Of a DNA stretch of 64,000 bases, positions 41,004 to 52,300 are shown in pieces. How positions within the stretch are numbered: the stretch's first letter is position 1; every line of letters starts with the position of its first letter. The translations under genes and the position numbers were made by a program. The notes under the pieces are model-generated. The model did not search any database, was not told where the DNA came from, and worked only from the letters and a program-made list of their open reading frames with translations. Source of the DNA: Verrucomicrobiales bacterium (GTDB taxonomy: Bacteria > Verrucomicrobiota > Verrucomicrobiia > Verrucomicrobiales > SLCJ01); contig JBJTQJ010000117.1 of the NCBI GenBank assembly GCA_046075565.1, forward strand, positions 1-64,000, read 5' to 3'.

Positions 41004-44000
41004 ATGTATCCACGTCATCTCTTCGTCTGCCTGAGCCTATCCCTGCTCACAGCCCTCCCGACATTCGCCCAGGGAAAAGGAAAGAAGCTTTTCGGTGAAG
41101 GACACCCGTTTGCCGCCGAAGAACTGCCCGAAGGCGTGCTGAAGCAACAACTCCAGAAGCGCAATCCACGGGCGCGTGGCGAGGCCATGAAACGACTGCA
41201 CTCCTTTTCCTTCCCGGAGAAGGATGCCGCCAAATACCTCCGGGTCGATGATGATGGCGGGGTCTTTATTGTCTGCCCGATCAATGGATGTGAGTGTGAC
41301 GACCCGGCCCATAACCACGGGGATACCGCTCCCGCTCCGGAGAGTGCGGTTGGCCCATCGCCGGAGGCCGCGAATCCTTCCACCGAGAACATGCCCATCG
41401 GTGATGGCAGCAACGACCCCTTCAACCCCACGTCGTCCGTTCCCATCAGTTCACCTCCGGCATTCAATTCCAAACCCGGCGCTCCCTTCCACATTTACAT
41501 GGACTTCAACGGAGCCTATGTGACCGGCAAGGCATGGACTTACAGCGATGGCACCACGACGTGGAGCACATGGGATTGTGACGCATGGAGTAATGACACG
41601 GATCGCACCACCTTCACCACTTCGGAGCAACAGGATATCCGCCGCATGTGGGAACGCGTGGCGGAAGATTACGCTCCCTTCAATGTGAACGTGACCACCG
41701 ATGTTGCCTATGACCCGGTCAACTACACGGGCGACAAAAACAAGGTCGGCTGGCTTCTGACCACTCCGACGACCGACAAGAACGGCGTGCGCTGCCCCCA
41801 CTACGGCTACGGTGGTGTCGCCTACGTCGGCGTCTTCGGGAATTCGAACTACTTCTCCACCTACCAGCCCGCATGGGTGACGCCCATGGGTGTCGCCAAC
41901 ACGTCCGAGGCTGCCTCCCACGAAATGGGACACAACCTTGGTCTCAGCCACGATGGCCTCAACAGCGGAGCCGCGTATTACGGTGGCCACGCCGCTACCT
42001 CCAGCGCTCCTTCCTGGGGTCCCATCATGGGCACGGGCTACAATCGCAACGTGTCGCAATGGTCAAAAGCCAGCGAATATTACGGCGGCAACCAGACCCA
42101 GGACGACCTCACCCTCATTGCCAATCGCCTCACCTACCGTGCGGCAGACCACGGCTCGACCTTCGCCTCCGCCACACCATGGGTCCAACACCCCGTCAAC
42201 CAGCTCGGAGTGATTGAGAGAACCGGGCTGCAGGATGTTTTCACCTTTAACACAGGTGCCGGAACGGTCACTTTCAATGCCAGTGCCTATCGCTGCGATA
42301 ACCAGACATGGGGAGCAAATCTCGATATCACTCTAGAACTCTACAACTCCTCCCAAACCCTTGTAGCCTCCAGCAATCCGCTCGCGGATACCAATGCCTC
42401 CATCTCCACCTCTGTTCCTGCCGGCGTCTACTACGTAGTTGTCAAACCTACCGCTGCAGGCACTCCCCTCTCCACCACACCCTCCGGCTACAGCCTCTAT
42501 GGCTCGCTGGGCTTCTACTCCATCTCGGGCAGCTTCAGCCCGGTCAACAGCATCTTCCTCACTTCGCCCAATGGTGGAGAGACTTTAATCAAGTCCACGA
42601 CCAGCAACATTACCTGGACATCCGGCATGGGCGGAAATGTCCAGATCGAGTTGCTAAAAGGCGGTGTCCTCAACTCCACGATTACCTCCAGCACCGCCAA
42701 CAGCGGCTCTTTCGCTTGGAGCATTCCCTCCGGCTTGGCCAATGGCAACAATTACAAGATCAGAATCACCAGCATTGAAAGCCCGACTATTTCAGCCCAG
42801 AGTGCGGGCGATTTCAGCATCGCTACGGATCTCTTAGCCGATGCTCTTGACATCCAAGGCTATGCATGGAGCACCTCCGGCAACTTGCCCTGGTTCTCAC
42901 AAACCGCCGTCACCAATGACGGCGTCGATGCCGCGCAGAGTGGTGCCATCGATCACAACCAGACCAGTTCACTTCAAACCACCATCGTCGGCCCCGGCAC
43001 CATGACATTCAGGTGGCGCGTCTCATCAGAAAGCGGCTACGATTTCCTCCGCTTCTACATCAAAGATGTGGAGCAAACCGGTTCGCTCGCCCGCATTTCC
43101 GGCACGGTGAACTGGGTGCAAAAAACCGTCACCCTGCCCACCGGCACCAATACCGTGCGCTGGAGCTATACCAAGGACGGCAGTGTGGTCAGCGGCTCGG
43201 ATGCCGCATGGGTGGACCAGGTGACATTCACGCCGCAAACCGTGCCGGGAAGCCTCGCCGTTACCCCTGCTCCCGGTTTCTCGCCCTCAGGGAATTTCGG
43301 CGGGCCCTTCACTCCCTCGTCACAAGCCTACACCCTCAGCAATACGGGAGGCACATCCATCAACTGGACAGCCGCAAAGACCGCTGGCTGGATCGATCTC
43401 AGCGCCACCAGCGGCACTCTCGCTCCCGGAGCCAATACGAGCGTCTCTGTCACTCTCAACAGTGCCGCGAATACGCTCAACATCGGGAACTACAATGACA
43501 CCGTCACCTTCGCCAACACCACAAACGGAATCGGCGACACCAGTCGCGCTGTTTCGCTTACCGTCAACGCTGTTCCCGCCACCGTCACCCTTGGCAACTT
43601 GAATCAAACCTACGACGGCTTCTCGAAACCTGTTTCCGTCACCACCACTCCCGCTGGATTGGCCCACACCGTAACCTACAACGGATCTTCCACCGTGCCC
43701 ATCAACGCGGGCAGCTACGCCGTCGTCGCCACCATCACCGAGCCGAATTACACGGGAAGCGCCAGCGGCACGCTTGTCATTTCCTACAATGTCTCCTACC
43801 AAGGAAACGGCAACACCAGTGGCACAGCCCCGGCAAACCAATCCAAACTCCAGAATGTCAACCTTGCCCTGGCCACCAACACCGGAAGCCTTGTGAAATC
43901 AGGTTTCACACTCGTCGGCTGGAACACCGCTCCCGATGGCTCGGGCACCTCATATGCCCTCGGTTCCACCTACTCCGGCAACGCCAATCTTACCCTATAC

Positions 44001-47000
44001 GCCAACTGGATCTTGGGCACCTTTCTTACCTGGGATGCCAACGGCACCGCCTCAGGGCAGACCAATGGCGCGGGCGCATGGCTCGGAAGCAACCAGTGGT
44101 GGGACGGCAGCACCAACCAGACATGGATAGCCGGCGCCGAGGCGACCTTCGGCGGGCCGAATACCGCCGGTGGCGCGGTCACCCTCGCCAGCCCGACGAG
44201 TGTGAATACCATCACCTTCAATGCGTTTACCGGCACTTACACACTGGGCACGGCGGGCCAGACGCTCACGATCAATGGAGGTATCACGAAGAGCGCCAGT
44301 TCCGGTGCCGTGATCATGAGCAGCCCGATTCTCCTCGGTGCCGGGCAGGTATGGGCGAACAATTCCACCGGCGCTCTCACCCTGAGTGCAGCTGTGGACA
44401 ATGGTGGTCAGGGGCTGACTTTCGATGGCATTGGCACAACGATCTTTGGAAGCACGGCTAGCGTCATCTCCGGGACTGGCGGGATTACCATGAACGCAAC
44501 CGGCCGGCTCCAACTCGGAGGTGGACAGGTTCCCGTGCACACCTACAGCGGTACCACCACCCTCAATGCCGGTGTGACAATGATTTCCAACAATAATCTG
44601 GGAACCGGCAATCTCACCCTGAACGGAGGCGTGATCGAATCATATTGGAACACCAATCTCACCCGACCACTTGGTTCGGGGCCTGGTCAGGTCCAAATCA
44701 CCGGCGGGGCCAGTGGATTCGGTATGAATGGCAACGCGTCGCTGAGTGTCATCTTCGGCGACAACGCCGCCAATGAAGCGGTCTGGGGCAGCCCCCACTT
44801 CAATCCATCGACTTTGGTTTTGCAAAGCCAGTATTCCCAGGGCACATCTTCCCTCACCCTGGCGAACAACATGGATCTCAATGGAGCCACGCGCACGATC
44901 CAAGTTTCCGGTGGGGTTTCCGGCACCGCATCAGCAACCCTCTCGGGTATCATCCGCAGCACCAGCGGCACGGCCGGCATCGTCAAGACCGGGAACGGCA
45001 ACTTGATCCTTTCCGCCGCCAACACCTTCAGTGGTGACATCACGATCAGCGGCGGCTCGTTGCAGATCGGCAACAACACGGCAGGCACCCTCACCGGCGG
45101 GACCTACAATGGCGCCATTTCCGTAACCAGCGGCTCGACCTTCCGGGTGTTCAGTTCGGCCAACCAAACCATCAACGGCGTGATCAGCGGCGGCGGCGGC
45201 TTGACCAAGGCCTACGCGGGCACACTCACACTGTCCAACGCGAATACCTACACCGGCAAGACATCGTTGTCTCCGCAAACCACTGCGGGTGCCGGCACGG
45301 TGGTTGTCTCTTCCTTGAACAGCGTGGTGGGCGGCACGGCGAGCAGTTCGTTGGGCGCGCCAACCACCGTGGCGAATGGCACCATCGATTTCGGCAACAC
45401 CTCCATCCAGGGGGCTGCAACCCTCCGCTACATCGGCTCCGGTGAGACCACCGACCGTGTCATCAATTTCCTCCTCAACGGAACCGGTGCCACCAAAACA
45501 CTCGATGCCTCTGGATCCGGATTGCTGAAGTTCACCAGCACCTTCACTGGAAGTGGCAGCACCTCCAACGACATCATACTGACAGGTTCCAGCAACGGCG
45601 AGATCGCCGGAGGGCTTCCCTTCACGTTTCGCAATCTCACGAAGTCCGGTAACAATACCTGGACCCTTGGCGGAACGGTTGGCAGCAATGGCACCATCAC
45701 GATATCGACCGGGAAACTGGCCCTCGGAGCCAATGGAGTCCTGCCCAATACCACACCGGTCTCTATCGCCGCCGCCACCCTCGATGTCGTGACCTATTCC
45801 GATGTGCTTGGAACATTGGATGTCACCGCCGCCGCCACCGTCCAACTCGGCACGGGCGCTTCCCTCGCATTCGCCGACAGCAGCCTCGTTGACTGGACAG
45901 GTGGAACGCTCGCCATCACGGGCACTTTCGTTCCCGGTTCCTCCATCCGCTTCGGCACCAGCGCCACGGCGCTGACTTCCGTCCAACTGGCCAAGATCTC
46001 CGCAGCCGGATTCGGGACGCTGAAACTTGATCCCAACGGCTATCTTACCAACGACACGACACCACCAGCGCTCTTGAGCATCACCGATGACCGGGCCGGT
46101 AGCCCCGCTCCTCTCGGCACCTCCGTGGTCTACACCGTCGTTTTCAGCGAGGATATGGATGCGAACACGGTTTCCGCCGCCGACTTTGGCAACGCGGGCA
46201 CTGCGGCGATCGGCATCGGCGTCGTCGCGGAAACCTCTCCCGGGGTCTTCTCCGTGCCGGTCAGCACAACATCCACCGGAACCCTTCAACTCAAGGTCAA
46301 CGCGGCGTCGGTCTTGCAGGATCTGGCGGGCAATTCGCTCAACACCAGCACGGACATCACCGATGACACCGTCATCACGGTCGTCCCGCCGAACACCGCT
46401 CCGGTGGCCAATTCCCAGGCCGTCTCCACCGACGAGGATACTTCCACCTCCATCACTCTCACCGCCACAGACGCGGAAAACGACCCGCTGACCTTCGCTG
46501 TTGTTTCTCCACCAACGAAGGGCATGCTCAGCGGCACCGCACCGAACCTGACCTACACTCCGAATGCCAACGCAAATGGAGCGGACAGCTTCACCTTCAA
46601 GGTGAATGATGGCAAGGTGGATTCCGCTGTGGCGACCGTTTCCGTCGATATCACGCCGGTGAACGACACGCCCGTGGCGAACGCCCAGAGTTTAACCACC
46701 GATGAAGATGCCGCTTCCGCGATCACACTGGCCGGAACCGACGTCGATGGCGATACACTGGCCTACGCGGTCGTATCTCAACCAACGAAGGGCATCCTGT
46801 CTGGCACCGCACCGCACCTGACCTACACGCCGAATGCCAACGCCAATGGCCCGGACAGTTTCACCTTCACGGTAAACGACGGCACGGTGGATTCCTCTGT
46901 GGCGACTGTTTCCATCGACATCACGCCGGTGAACGACGTCCCGGTGGCCAACGCCCAGGTCGTGACCACCGATGAAGACACCGCTTCCGCGATCACGCTC

Positions 47001-49118
47001 ACCGGCAGTGATGTGGAAGGAAGCGCCCTGACCTACGCGGTAGTTGCTCAACCAACCAAGGGCACTCTCTCCGGCACTGCGCCGAATTTCACCTATACTC
47101 CGAATGCCAACGCGAATGGCGCGGACAGCTTCACCTTTACCGTGAATGACGGCACGGTGGATTCCGCGGTGGCGACCGTTTCCATCGACATCACGCCGTT
47201 GAATGACACGCCCGTGGCGAACGCCCAGAGTTTAACCACCGATGAAGACACCGCTTCCGCCATCACCCTGACCGGAACCGACGTCGATGGCGATACCTTG
47301 TCCTACGCGGTCGTTTCTCAACCAACGAAGGGCACGCTCAGCGGCACCGCTCCGAACCTGACCTACACGCCGAATGCCAACGCGAATGGCGCGGACAGCT
47401 TCACCTTCACGGTGAATGACGGCGCCGTGGATTCCGCGGTGGCCACTGTTTCCATCGACATCACCCCGGTGAACGACGTCCCGGTGGCCAACGCCCAGGG
47501 TGCGACTACCGATGAAGACACCGCCACGGCGATTACCCTCACCGGCAGCGATGTCGAAGGAAGCGCACTGACCTACGCGGTCGTATCTCAACCAACGAAA
47601 GGCACGCTCAGCGGCACCGCGCCGAACTTGACCTACACGCCGAATGCCAACGCGAATGGAGCGGACAGCTTCACCTTCACCGTGAATGACGGCACCGTGG
47701 ATTCCGCGGTGGCCACTGTTTCCATCGACATCACCCCGGTCAACGACATCCCCGTGGCCAACGCCCAGAGTGTAACCACCGATGAAGACACCGCTTCCGC
47801 CATCACTCTGGCCGGAACCGACGTCGATGGCGATACCCTGGCCTACGGGGTCGTATCTCAACCAACGAAAGGCACGCTCAGCGGCACCGCACCGAATTTG
47901 ACCTATACGCCGAACGCCAACGCGAATGGCGCGGACAGCTTCACCTTCAGGGTGAACGACGGCACGGTGGATTCCGCGGCGGCGACCGTTTCCATCCACA
48001 TCACCCCGGTCAACGACATCCCCGTGGCCAACGCCCAGGGTGTGACCACCAATGAAGACACCGCCTCGGCGATCACCCTCACCGGCAGCGATGTGGAAGG
48101 AAGCACCCTGACCTACGCGGTCGTCTCCCAACCCGCGAAAGGCACGCTCTCCGGCACTGCGCCAAACCTGACCTACACACCGAACGCCAACGCGAACGGC
48201 GCGGACAGCTTCACCTTCACGGTCAATGACGGCACGGCGGACTCAGCCGCCGCGACGGTTGCGATCACTGTGAGTCCGATCAATGATGCCCCGGTCTTCA
48301 TCGTGGATCCCATCGTCGCGGTCGCGGCCGACGAAGGCGTGGCTTATACCGGGGTGACCTTGGCAGGTTCCGCCTCCGATGCCGACAGCGGAGACACCAT
48401 TACCTATTCAAAGGTCAGTGGTCCCGCTTGGCTTACCGTGGCAGCCGATGGTGCGCTTTCCGGAACGCCGCCGTCGGGCAGCGCCGGGCTCAACTCCTTC
48501 GTCGTGCGCGCCACTGACGGCGCTTCGGCCACGGACGATGCCACTCTCAAAATCACCGTCGCCGGCCTGCCCTTGCCTTGGGTGGCCACCGACATCGGCA
48601 CCGGGATGTTGGCCGGTTCCACCACCCACAACGCGGGCACCTTCACCCAAGCCGGTTCGGGCGTGATTGGAGGAACCAGCGACGGGTTGCGTTACACCTA
48701 CCAGACGCTCACCGGCGACGGCGAGATCACCGCGAGGATCAGCAACCTGCAAAACACCGGAACATCGTCGCGGGTCGGCGTCATGATCCGCGAAACCCTG
48801 GCCACCAACTCGAAGCAAATCTTCATGGGCATGACCAGCAGCGGTTCCTACCGCTGGACACGCCGGACCACCACCGGCGGAAACACCAGCACTACGAACA
48901 GCAGCACCGGGACGGTGCCCAACACATGGGTGCGCCTGGTCCGCAGCGGAACCACCATCACCGCCTTCAAGAGCACCAACGGCACGACGTGGACGACGGT
49001 GGGAAGCACCACCAACACGACCTTTGCCTCCACCTGCTACATTGGCCTGGCCGTGGGCAGCGGCAGCAACACCACCCTCAACACCTCCCGGTTCATCAAC
49101 GTCAGCGTGACCCCATGA
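41004..49118 (+). CDS. Giant secreted metzincin protease/adhesin (2704 aa)
   Basis: Signal peptide; HEMGHNLGLSH plus GPIMG Met-turn; PPC-, BACON-, MBG- and InlB-B-like domains; passenger-associated beta-strand repeats; seven 90-aa Ig/cadherin-like repeats; C-terminal beta-sandwich. Confidence 0.9.
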   Translation: MYPRHLFVCLSLSLLTALPTFAQGKGKKLFGEGHPFAAEELPEGVLKQQLQKRNPRARGEAMKRLHSFSFPEKDAAKYLRVDDDGGVFIVCPINGCECDDPAHNHGDTAPAPESAVGPSPEAANPSTENMPIGDGSNDPFNPTSSVPISSPPAFNSKPGAPFHIYMDFNGAYVTGKAWTYSDGTTTWSTWDCDAWSNDTDRTTFTTSEQQDIRRMWERVAEDYAPFNVNVTTDVAYDPVNYTGDKNKVGWLLTTPTTDKNGVRCPHYGYGGVAYVGVFGNSNYFSTYQPAWVTPMGVANTSEAASHEMGHNLGLSHDGLNSGAAYYGGHAATSSAPSWGPIMGTGYNRNVSQWSKASEYYGGNQTQDDLTLIANRLTYRAADHGSTFASATPWVQHPVNQLGVIERTGLQDVFTFNTGAGTVTFNASAYRCDNQTWGANLDITLELYNSSQTLVASSNPLADTNASISTSVPAGVYYVVVKPTAAGTPLSTTPSGYSLYGSLGFYSISGSFSPVNSIFLTSPNGGETLIKSTTSNITWTSGMGGNVQIELLKGGVLNSTITSSTANSGSFAWSIPSGLANGNNYKIRITSIESPTISAQSAGDFSIATDLLADALDIQGYAWSTSGNLPWFSQTAVTNDGVDAAQSGAIDHNQTSSLQTTIVGPGTMTFRWRVSSESGYDFLRFYIKDVEQTGSLARISGTVNWVQKTVTLPTGTNTVRWSYTKDGSVVSGSDAAWVDQVTFTPQTVPGSLAVTPAPGFSPSGNFGGPFTPSSQAYTLSNTGGTSINWTAAKTAGWIDLSATSGTLAPGANTSVSVTLNSAANTLNIGNYNDTVTFANTTNGIGDTSRAVSLTVNAVPATVTLGNLNQTYDGFSKPVSVTTTPAGLAHTVTYNGSSTVPINAGSYAVVATITEPNYTGSASGTLVISYNVSYQGNGNTSGTAPANQSKLQNVNLALATNTGSLVKSGFTLVGWNTAPDGSGTSYALGSTYSGNANLTLYANWILGTFLTWDANGTASGQTNGAGAWLGSNQWWDGSTNQTWIAGAEATFGGPNTAGGAVTLASPTSVNTITFNAFTGTYTLGTAGQTLTINGGITKSASSGAVIMSSPILLGAGQVWANNSTGALTLSAAVDNGGQGLTFDGIGTTIFGSTASVISGTGGITMNATGRLQLGGGQVPVHTYSGTTTLNAGVTMISNNNLGTGNLTLNGGVIESYWNTNLTRPLGSGPGQVQITGGASGFGMNGNASLSVIFGDNAANEAVWGSPHFNPSTLVLQSQYSQGTSSLTLANNMDLNGATRTIQVSGGVSGTASATLSGIIRSTSGTAGIVKTGNGNLILSAANTFSGDITISGGSLQIGNNTAGTLTGGTYNGAISVTSGSTFRVFSSANQTINGVISGGGGLTKAYAGTLTLSNANTYTGKTSLSPQTTAGAGTVVVSSLNSVVGGTASSSLGAPTTVANGTIDFGNTSIQGAATLRYIGSGETTDRVINFLLNGTGATKTLDASGSGLLKFTSTFTGSGSTSNDIILTGSSNGEIAGGLPFTFRNLTKSGNNTWTLGGTVGSNGTITISTGKLALGANGVLPNTTPVSIAAATLDVVTYSDVLGTLDVTAAATVQLGTGASLAFADSSLVDWTGGTLAITGTFVPGSSIRFGTSATALTSVQLAKISAAGFGTLKLDPNGYLTNDTTPPALLSITDDRAGSPAPLGTSVVYTVVFSEDMDANTVSAADFGNAGTAAIGIGVVAETSPGVFSVPVSTTSTGTLQLKVNAASVLQDLAGNSLNTSTDITDDTVITVVPPNTAPVANSQAVSTDEDTSTSITLTATDAENDPLTFAVVSPPTKGMLSGTAPNLTYTPNANANGADSFTFKVNDGKVDSAVATVSVDITPVNDTPVANAQSLTTDEDAASAITLAGTDVDGDTLAYAVVSQPTKGILSGTAPHLTYTPNANANGPDSFTFTVNDGTVDSSVATVSIDITPVNDVPVANAQVVTTDEDTASAITLTGSDVEGSALTYAVVAQPTKGTLSGTAPNFTYTPNANANGADSFTFTVNDGTVDSAVATVSIDITPLNDTPVANAQSLTTDEDTASAITLTGTDVDGDTLSYAVVSQPTKGTLSGTAPNLTYTPNANANGADSFTFTVNDGAVDSAVATVSIDITPVNDVPVANAQGATTDEDTATAITLTGSDVEGSALTYAVVSQPTKGTLSGTAPNLTYTPNANANGADSFTFTVNDGTVDSAVATVSIDITPVNDIPVANAQSVTTDEDTASAITLAGTDVDGDTLAYGVVSQPTKGTLSGTAPNLTYTPNANANGADSFTFRVNDGTVDSAAATVSIHITPVNDIPVANAQGVTTNEDTASAITLTGSDVEGSTLTYAVVSQPAKGTLSGTAPNLTYTPNANANGADSFTFTVNDGTADSAAATVAITVSPINDAPVFIVDPIVAVAADEGVAYTGVTLAGSASDADSGDTITYSKVSGPAWLTVAADGALSGTPPSGSAGLNSFVVRATDGASATDDATLKITVAGLPLPWVATDIGTGMLAGSTTHNAGTFTQAGSGVIGGTSDGLRYTYQTLTGDGEITARISNLQNTGTSSRVGVMIRETLATNSKQIFMGMTSSGSYRWTRRTTTGGNTSTTNSSTGTVPNTWVRLVRSGTTITAFKSTNGTTWTTVGSTTNTTFASTCYIGLAVGSGSNTTLNTSRFINVSVTP
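46392..48281 (+). repeat. Seven tandem 270-bp repeats encoding Ig/cadherin-like domains
   Basis: Units start at 46392, 46662, 46932, 47202, 47472, 47742, 48012 (N-x-x-PVAN...DSFTF.VNDG). Confidence 0.95.
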
Positions 49119-49330
49119 ATCGCTCGCCTGCCCTGACGCCTTCTCCTACCTAGAGTTGAGGACTTCTTCTGCCCCCCCAGCCTCTCTTTCCTGAAAAGAT
49201 GGGACGGGAGGGCAGATATTTGTCCCTTTATGCGTTTTTTCTTGACGAGAAATCCTCCGATGTATACATCGGCAATACATGAAGGATTGTGGGTGCCCTG
49301 CAATCCCCCATGACACTCCTCCTCCGCCCA

Positions 49331-52300
49331 ATGAAAACCATCAAACCGATTTCGGCCCCTTCCGCCGGTTTCGCGTTGGTCGCCACTCTGAGTGTTTCGG
49401 CCTTGGTTACTCTTCTGATCATGGCCTTGCTAGGTCTATCCCTAAGCACCACCCGGCTTGAAATCCAAAATCGCAGCCAAGCCGAGGCCCAGGCCAATGC
49501 CCGATTGAGCCTCAAACTCGCCATCGGCGCTTTGCAAAAGCAACTCGGTCCCGATCAACGGGTCTCCGCCAACGCCAATATCCTCTCTGACCCAGCCAGT
49601 CCAAACTCGACGGTGGCAAGTCGCCACTGGACCGGTGTCTGGAGTTCCTGGAAAGCCGGAATTAGGCAAAACAGTCAGCACAGCACCATTGGCAGAGGCG
49701 GGGAAATGGCTCCGAAGTATCAGAGCAACCGTCGCGACTACTTCCAAGGCTGGCTCCTCTCCCTAAATACCGACGAGGCCCGGAACGTTGATACTCCGAA
49801 AACCCTGGCGCTGAGCGGGAGTTTACTTCCACAACAGGCCGAAACGGCAGTCACCTTGGTCGGCCCCAACACGCTTGGCTCGACGGCACCCGCCACGGAT
49901 CAAATCAACGCCCGTTTGCTCGCTCCACCCGTAAGTGGGAGCGGGAAGCGAAACCGCTTCGCCTACTGGATTGGCGACGAAAGCCAGAAAGCCCGCTTGA
50001 TGTCCGATACCTACACCGGAACATCCGCGCTCACCTTGGCGCAGCGGTTGGCCCGCACCCAGGCCCCTGCCGCTCCGGGAACCAAAACCATCAGCGAACT
50101 GGAAGGCATTACCCCGGAGCAAGATGCCCGCCTCCAAGCCCTTCCTAACCTGAGCAGTCTCGACCTGTTAATGAATACTCCCGGCAAGTCGCCCGCCAGG
50201 ACCAACTTTCACTCCGCGACTCCCTATTCCCGGGGCGTTCTCGCCGACGTCCGTGAAGGTGGTATGAAGCGGGATCTCCAAACCATTCTGGAGAAACCGA
50301 TCAACCCCGGCGACGTTTATAATCTTGAAGTCGCCAGAGATGCGAGAGGCGGCAGCTTGGAATTTCAATGGGCGACTTCTCTGAAGCCGAATGGAAACGA
50401 GTATCTGCTCTACAGCTTTGATGATATGGTCATCAGCCCGGTTGGGATGCCCGTGGGTCAAGCGACGGTTCCGATTCAGGACCTTTCCGCCTACTACCAG
50501 ATGTATGACAGCACGCGCCCGGGCTGGAGAGGCGGCATTCAGTTCACTTCAAGCACTTCATCCCCTTCAAACAACCTTCTCCGCGGTGGAGTCATGGTCA
50601 GTAACCCGGATTACGGCGTGAGCACCAGCGACTACGTGAACTATCTTCGCCAGTCCTCCGCGCTTTATCGCAACGTCTATCCGATCAAGATTGAATACGT
50701 CCTCAGTTATCTAACGGAACAGCGCCCACAGGCTGACATTGACAGGGATCGCGCGAACGGCAATCCCAGCCCTGATACACATTGGATTAAGATCGGCATC
50801 ACACCTTCCATGACCTGGTGGAACCCCAACAACGTCCCGGTCGTCATGAATTTCGGCGATCCCGATTTGGCCTCGATCATGATTCGTGAGAACGCGGTCC
50901 CATTGCAGATTGACTTGCGCAAGCATGAGACCTTCGGTGGCCCCATCACCGCCAACAGGGTTTTGCAACTCACCAATGTGACCAACACGCAACAAGGTGA
51001 ACTCTACACGCTTTTCATCTCCGGCAGAACCCCCTTGGTATTCCAGCCCGGAGAGTGCAAGGTCCTCGCCCTGCAGTATTCCTCGCAGTCATCCGCCAGC
51101 GCGGGTCTGGAGAGTTTGGACTTCTATCTACGGGGAACCGGATCGAGATTTGCCGAACCATTTGTGCCGAGTCTCGAACTTGTTCCCGGCTGGAACCCGG
51201 GAAAATTCATCCGTCCCACCGGTCGGAATGGGGTTTCAACGGTTGGACTCTTGACATTCAAAGCGACTGATTTCATTTCCGCGAATATCTCCACCGGCAC
51301 GGGGAAAGGCTATACCGTGGACTTCACCCAGAAGTCGCGGCACGGTCGGAACGCACCCGGTGTGATGTGGCATTTCCGCAGCTATGGAATCTACTTGCGC
51401 AGGTTGACCGGTGGTGACATTTCCACCTTCGGGCCATTCCGCACGGCCTTCAATTCCGCCGGGTTCAATCCGAGTGGAGGAGGGATCGCCGATACAAATT
51501 CAGCCGGTATACTCCTGCCGGGGCGGAGTGCAGGAACACTCATCAACTCCATGCAGGACCCCGGCAACTTGCTCGATGATATCCCTCAAGCATTCTTTTA
51601 CTACGGGATGAAGGCGGCTACCGAGACCCACGAATCCGCCAACGCCTTCCCTGCCTCCGGCTTCGGAGCGGCCCGCCGCTTCCCTTCGCGGCCTTTCACT
51701 CACTCGACGGCAATGATGCCCCAATACATCGATACCATCGCCGGTCCGAATCTCTACAACATCGGCTGGAATTGGTTCTTCATGCCATTGAACAACAGTC
51801 TGGACGCCCCCGTTTCCATTTCACGAGACAGCTACGGGTATTATGGAGGAGGGTATACAGCGGAGAATGGCACCACCCATGTCGTCCAGCAGCATCTTCC
51901 CGTCTCCCCTCCCATTTCGATCGCTTCACTCAGCAGTGCCCAACTCAGCGGCTACAGTCTCTCGGAAGAGGCCGCCACCTTGGGATTCAATGGTTTGCCA
52001 GGCCGGGATCCGGACCCGACCAAGAACGAACCATTCCTTCGCACCACCGCGATTGGCTTCGGCGGCCTTGAACCCCGCACGCTCCAAGCGATTGGCAACT
52101 CCTACGCCCATCCCTACATTCCAAAAGCCGAAGCAATCACCACTCTGGGACGGGTTTACGTTCAAAATACCGCGAATCCAAACCCCACCCAGGAGCCCTA
52201 TGCGGATCATTCCTATCTCGCGAACAAAGCCCTTTGGGATGAGTTTTTCTTCTCTTCCATCTACCCCACCCCCGGGTCGAATCCGGTTTTTAATTCACCA

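Noticed and set aside
46392-48281. CRISPR array or non-coding repeat
   Set aside because: Units are 270 bp, in frame, protein-coding and have no spacers; no cas genes are present.
41004-49118. Classical type V autotransporter
   Set aside because: No C-terminal beta-barrel or terminal aromatic residue.
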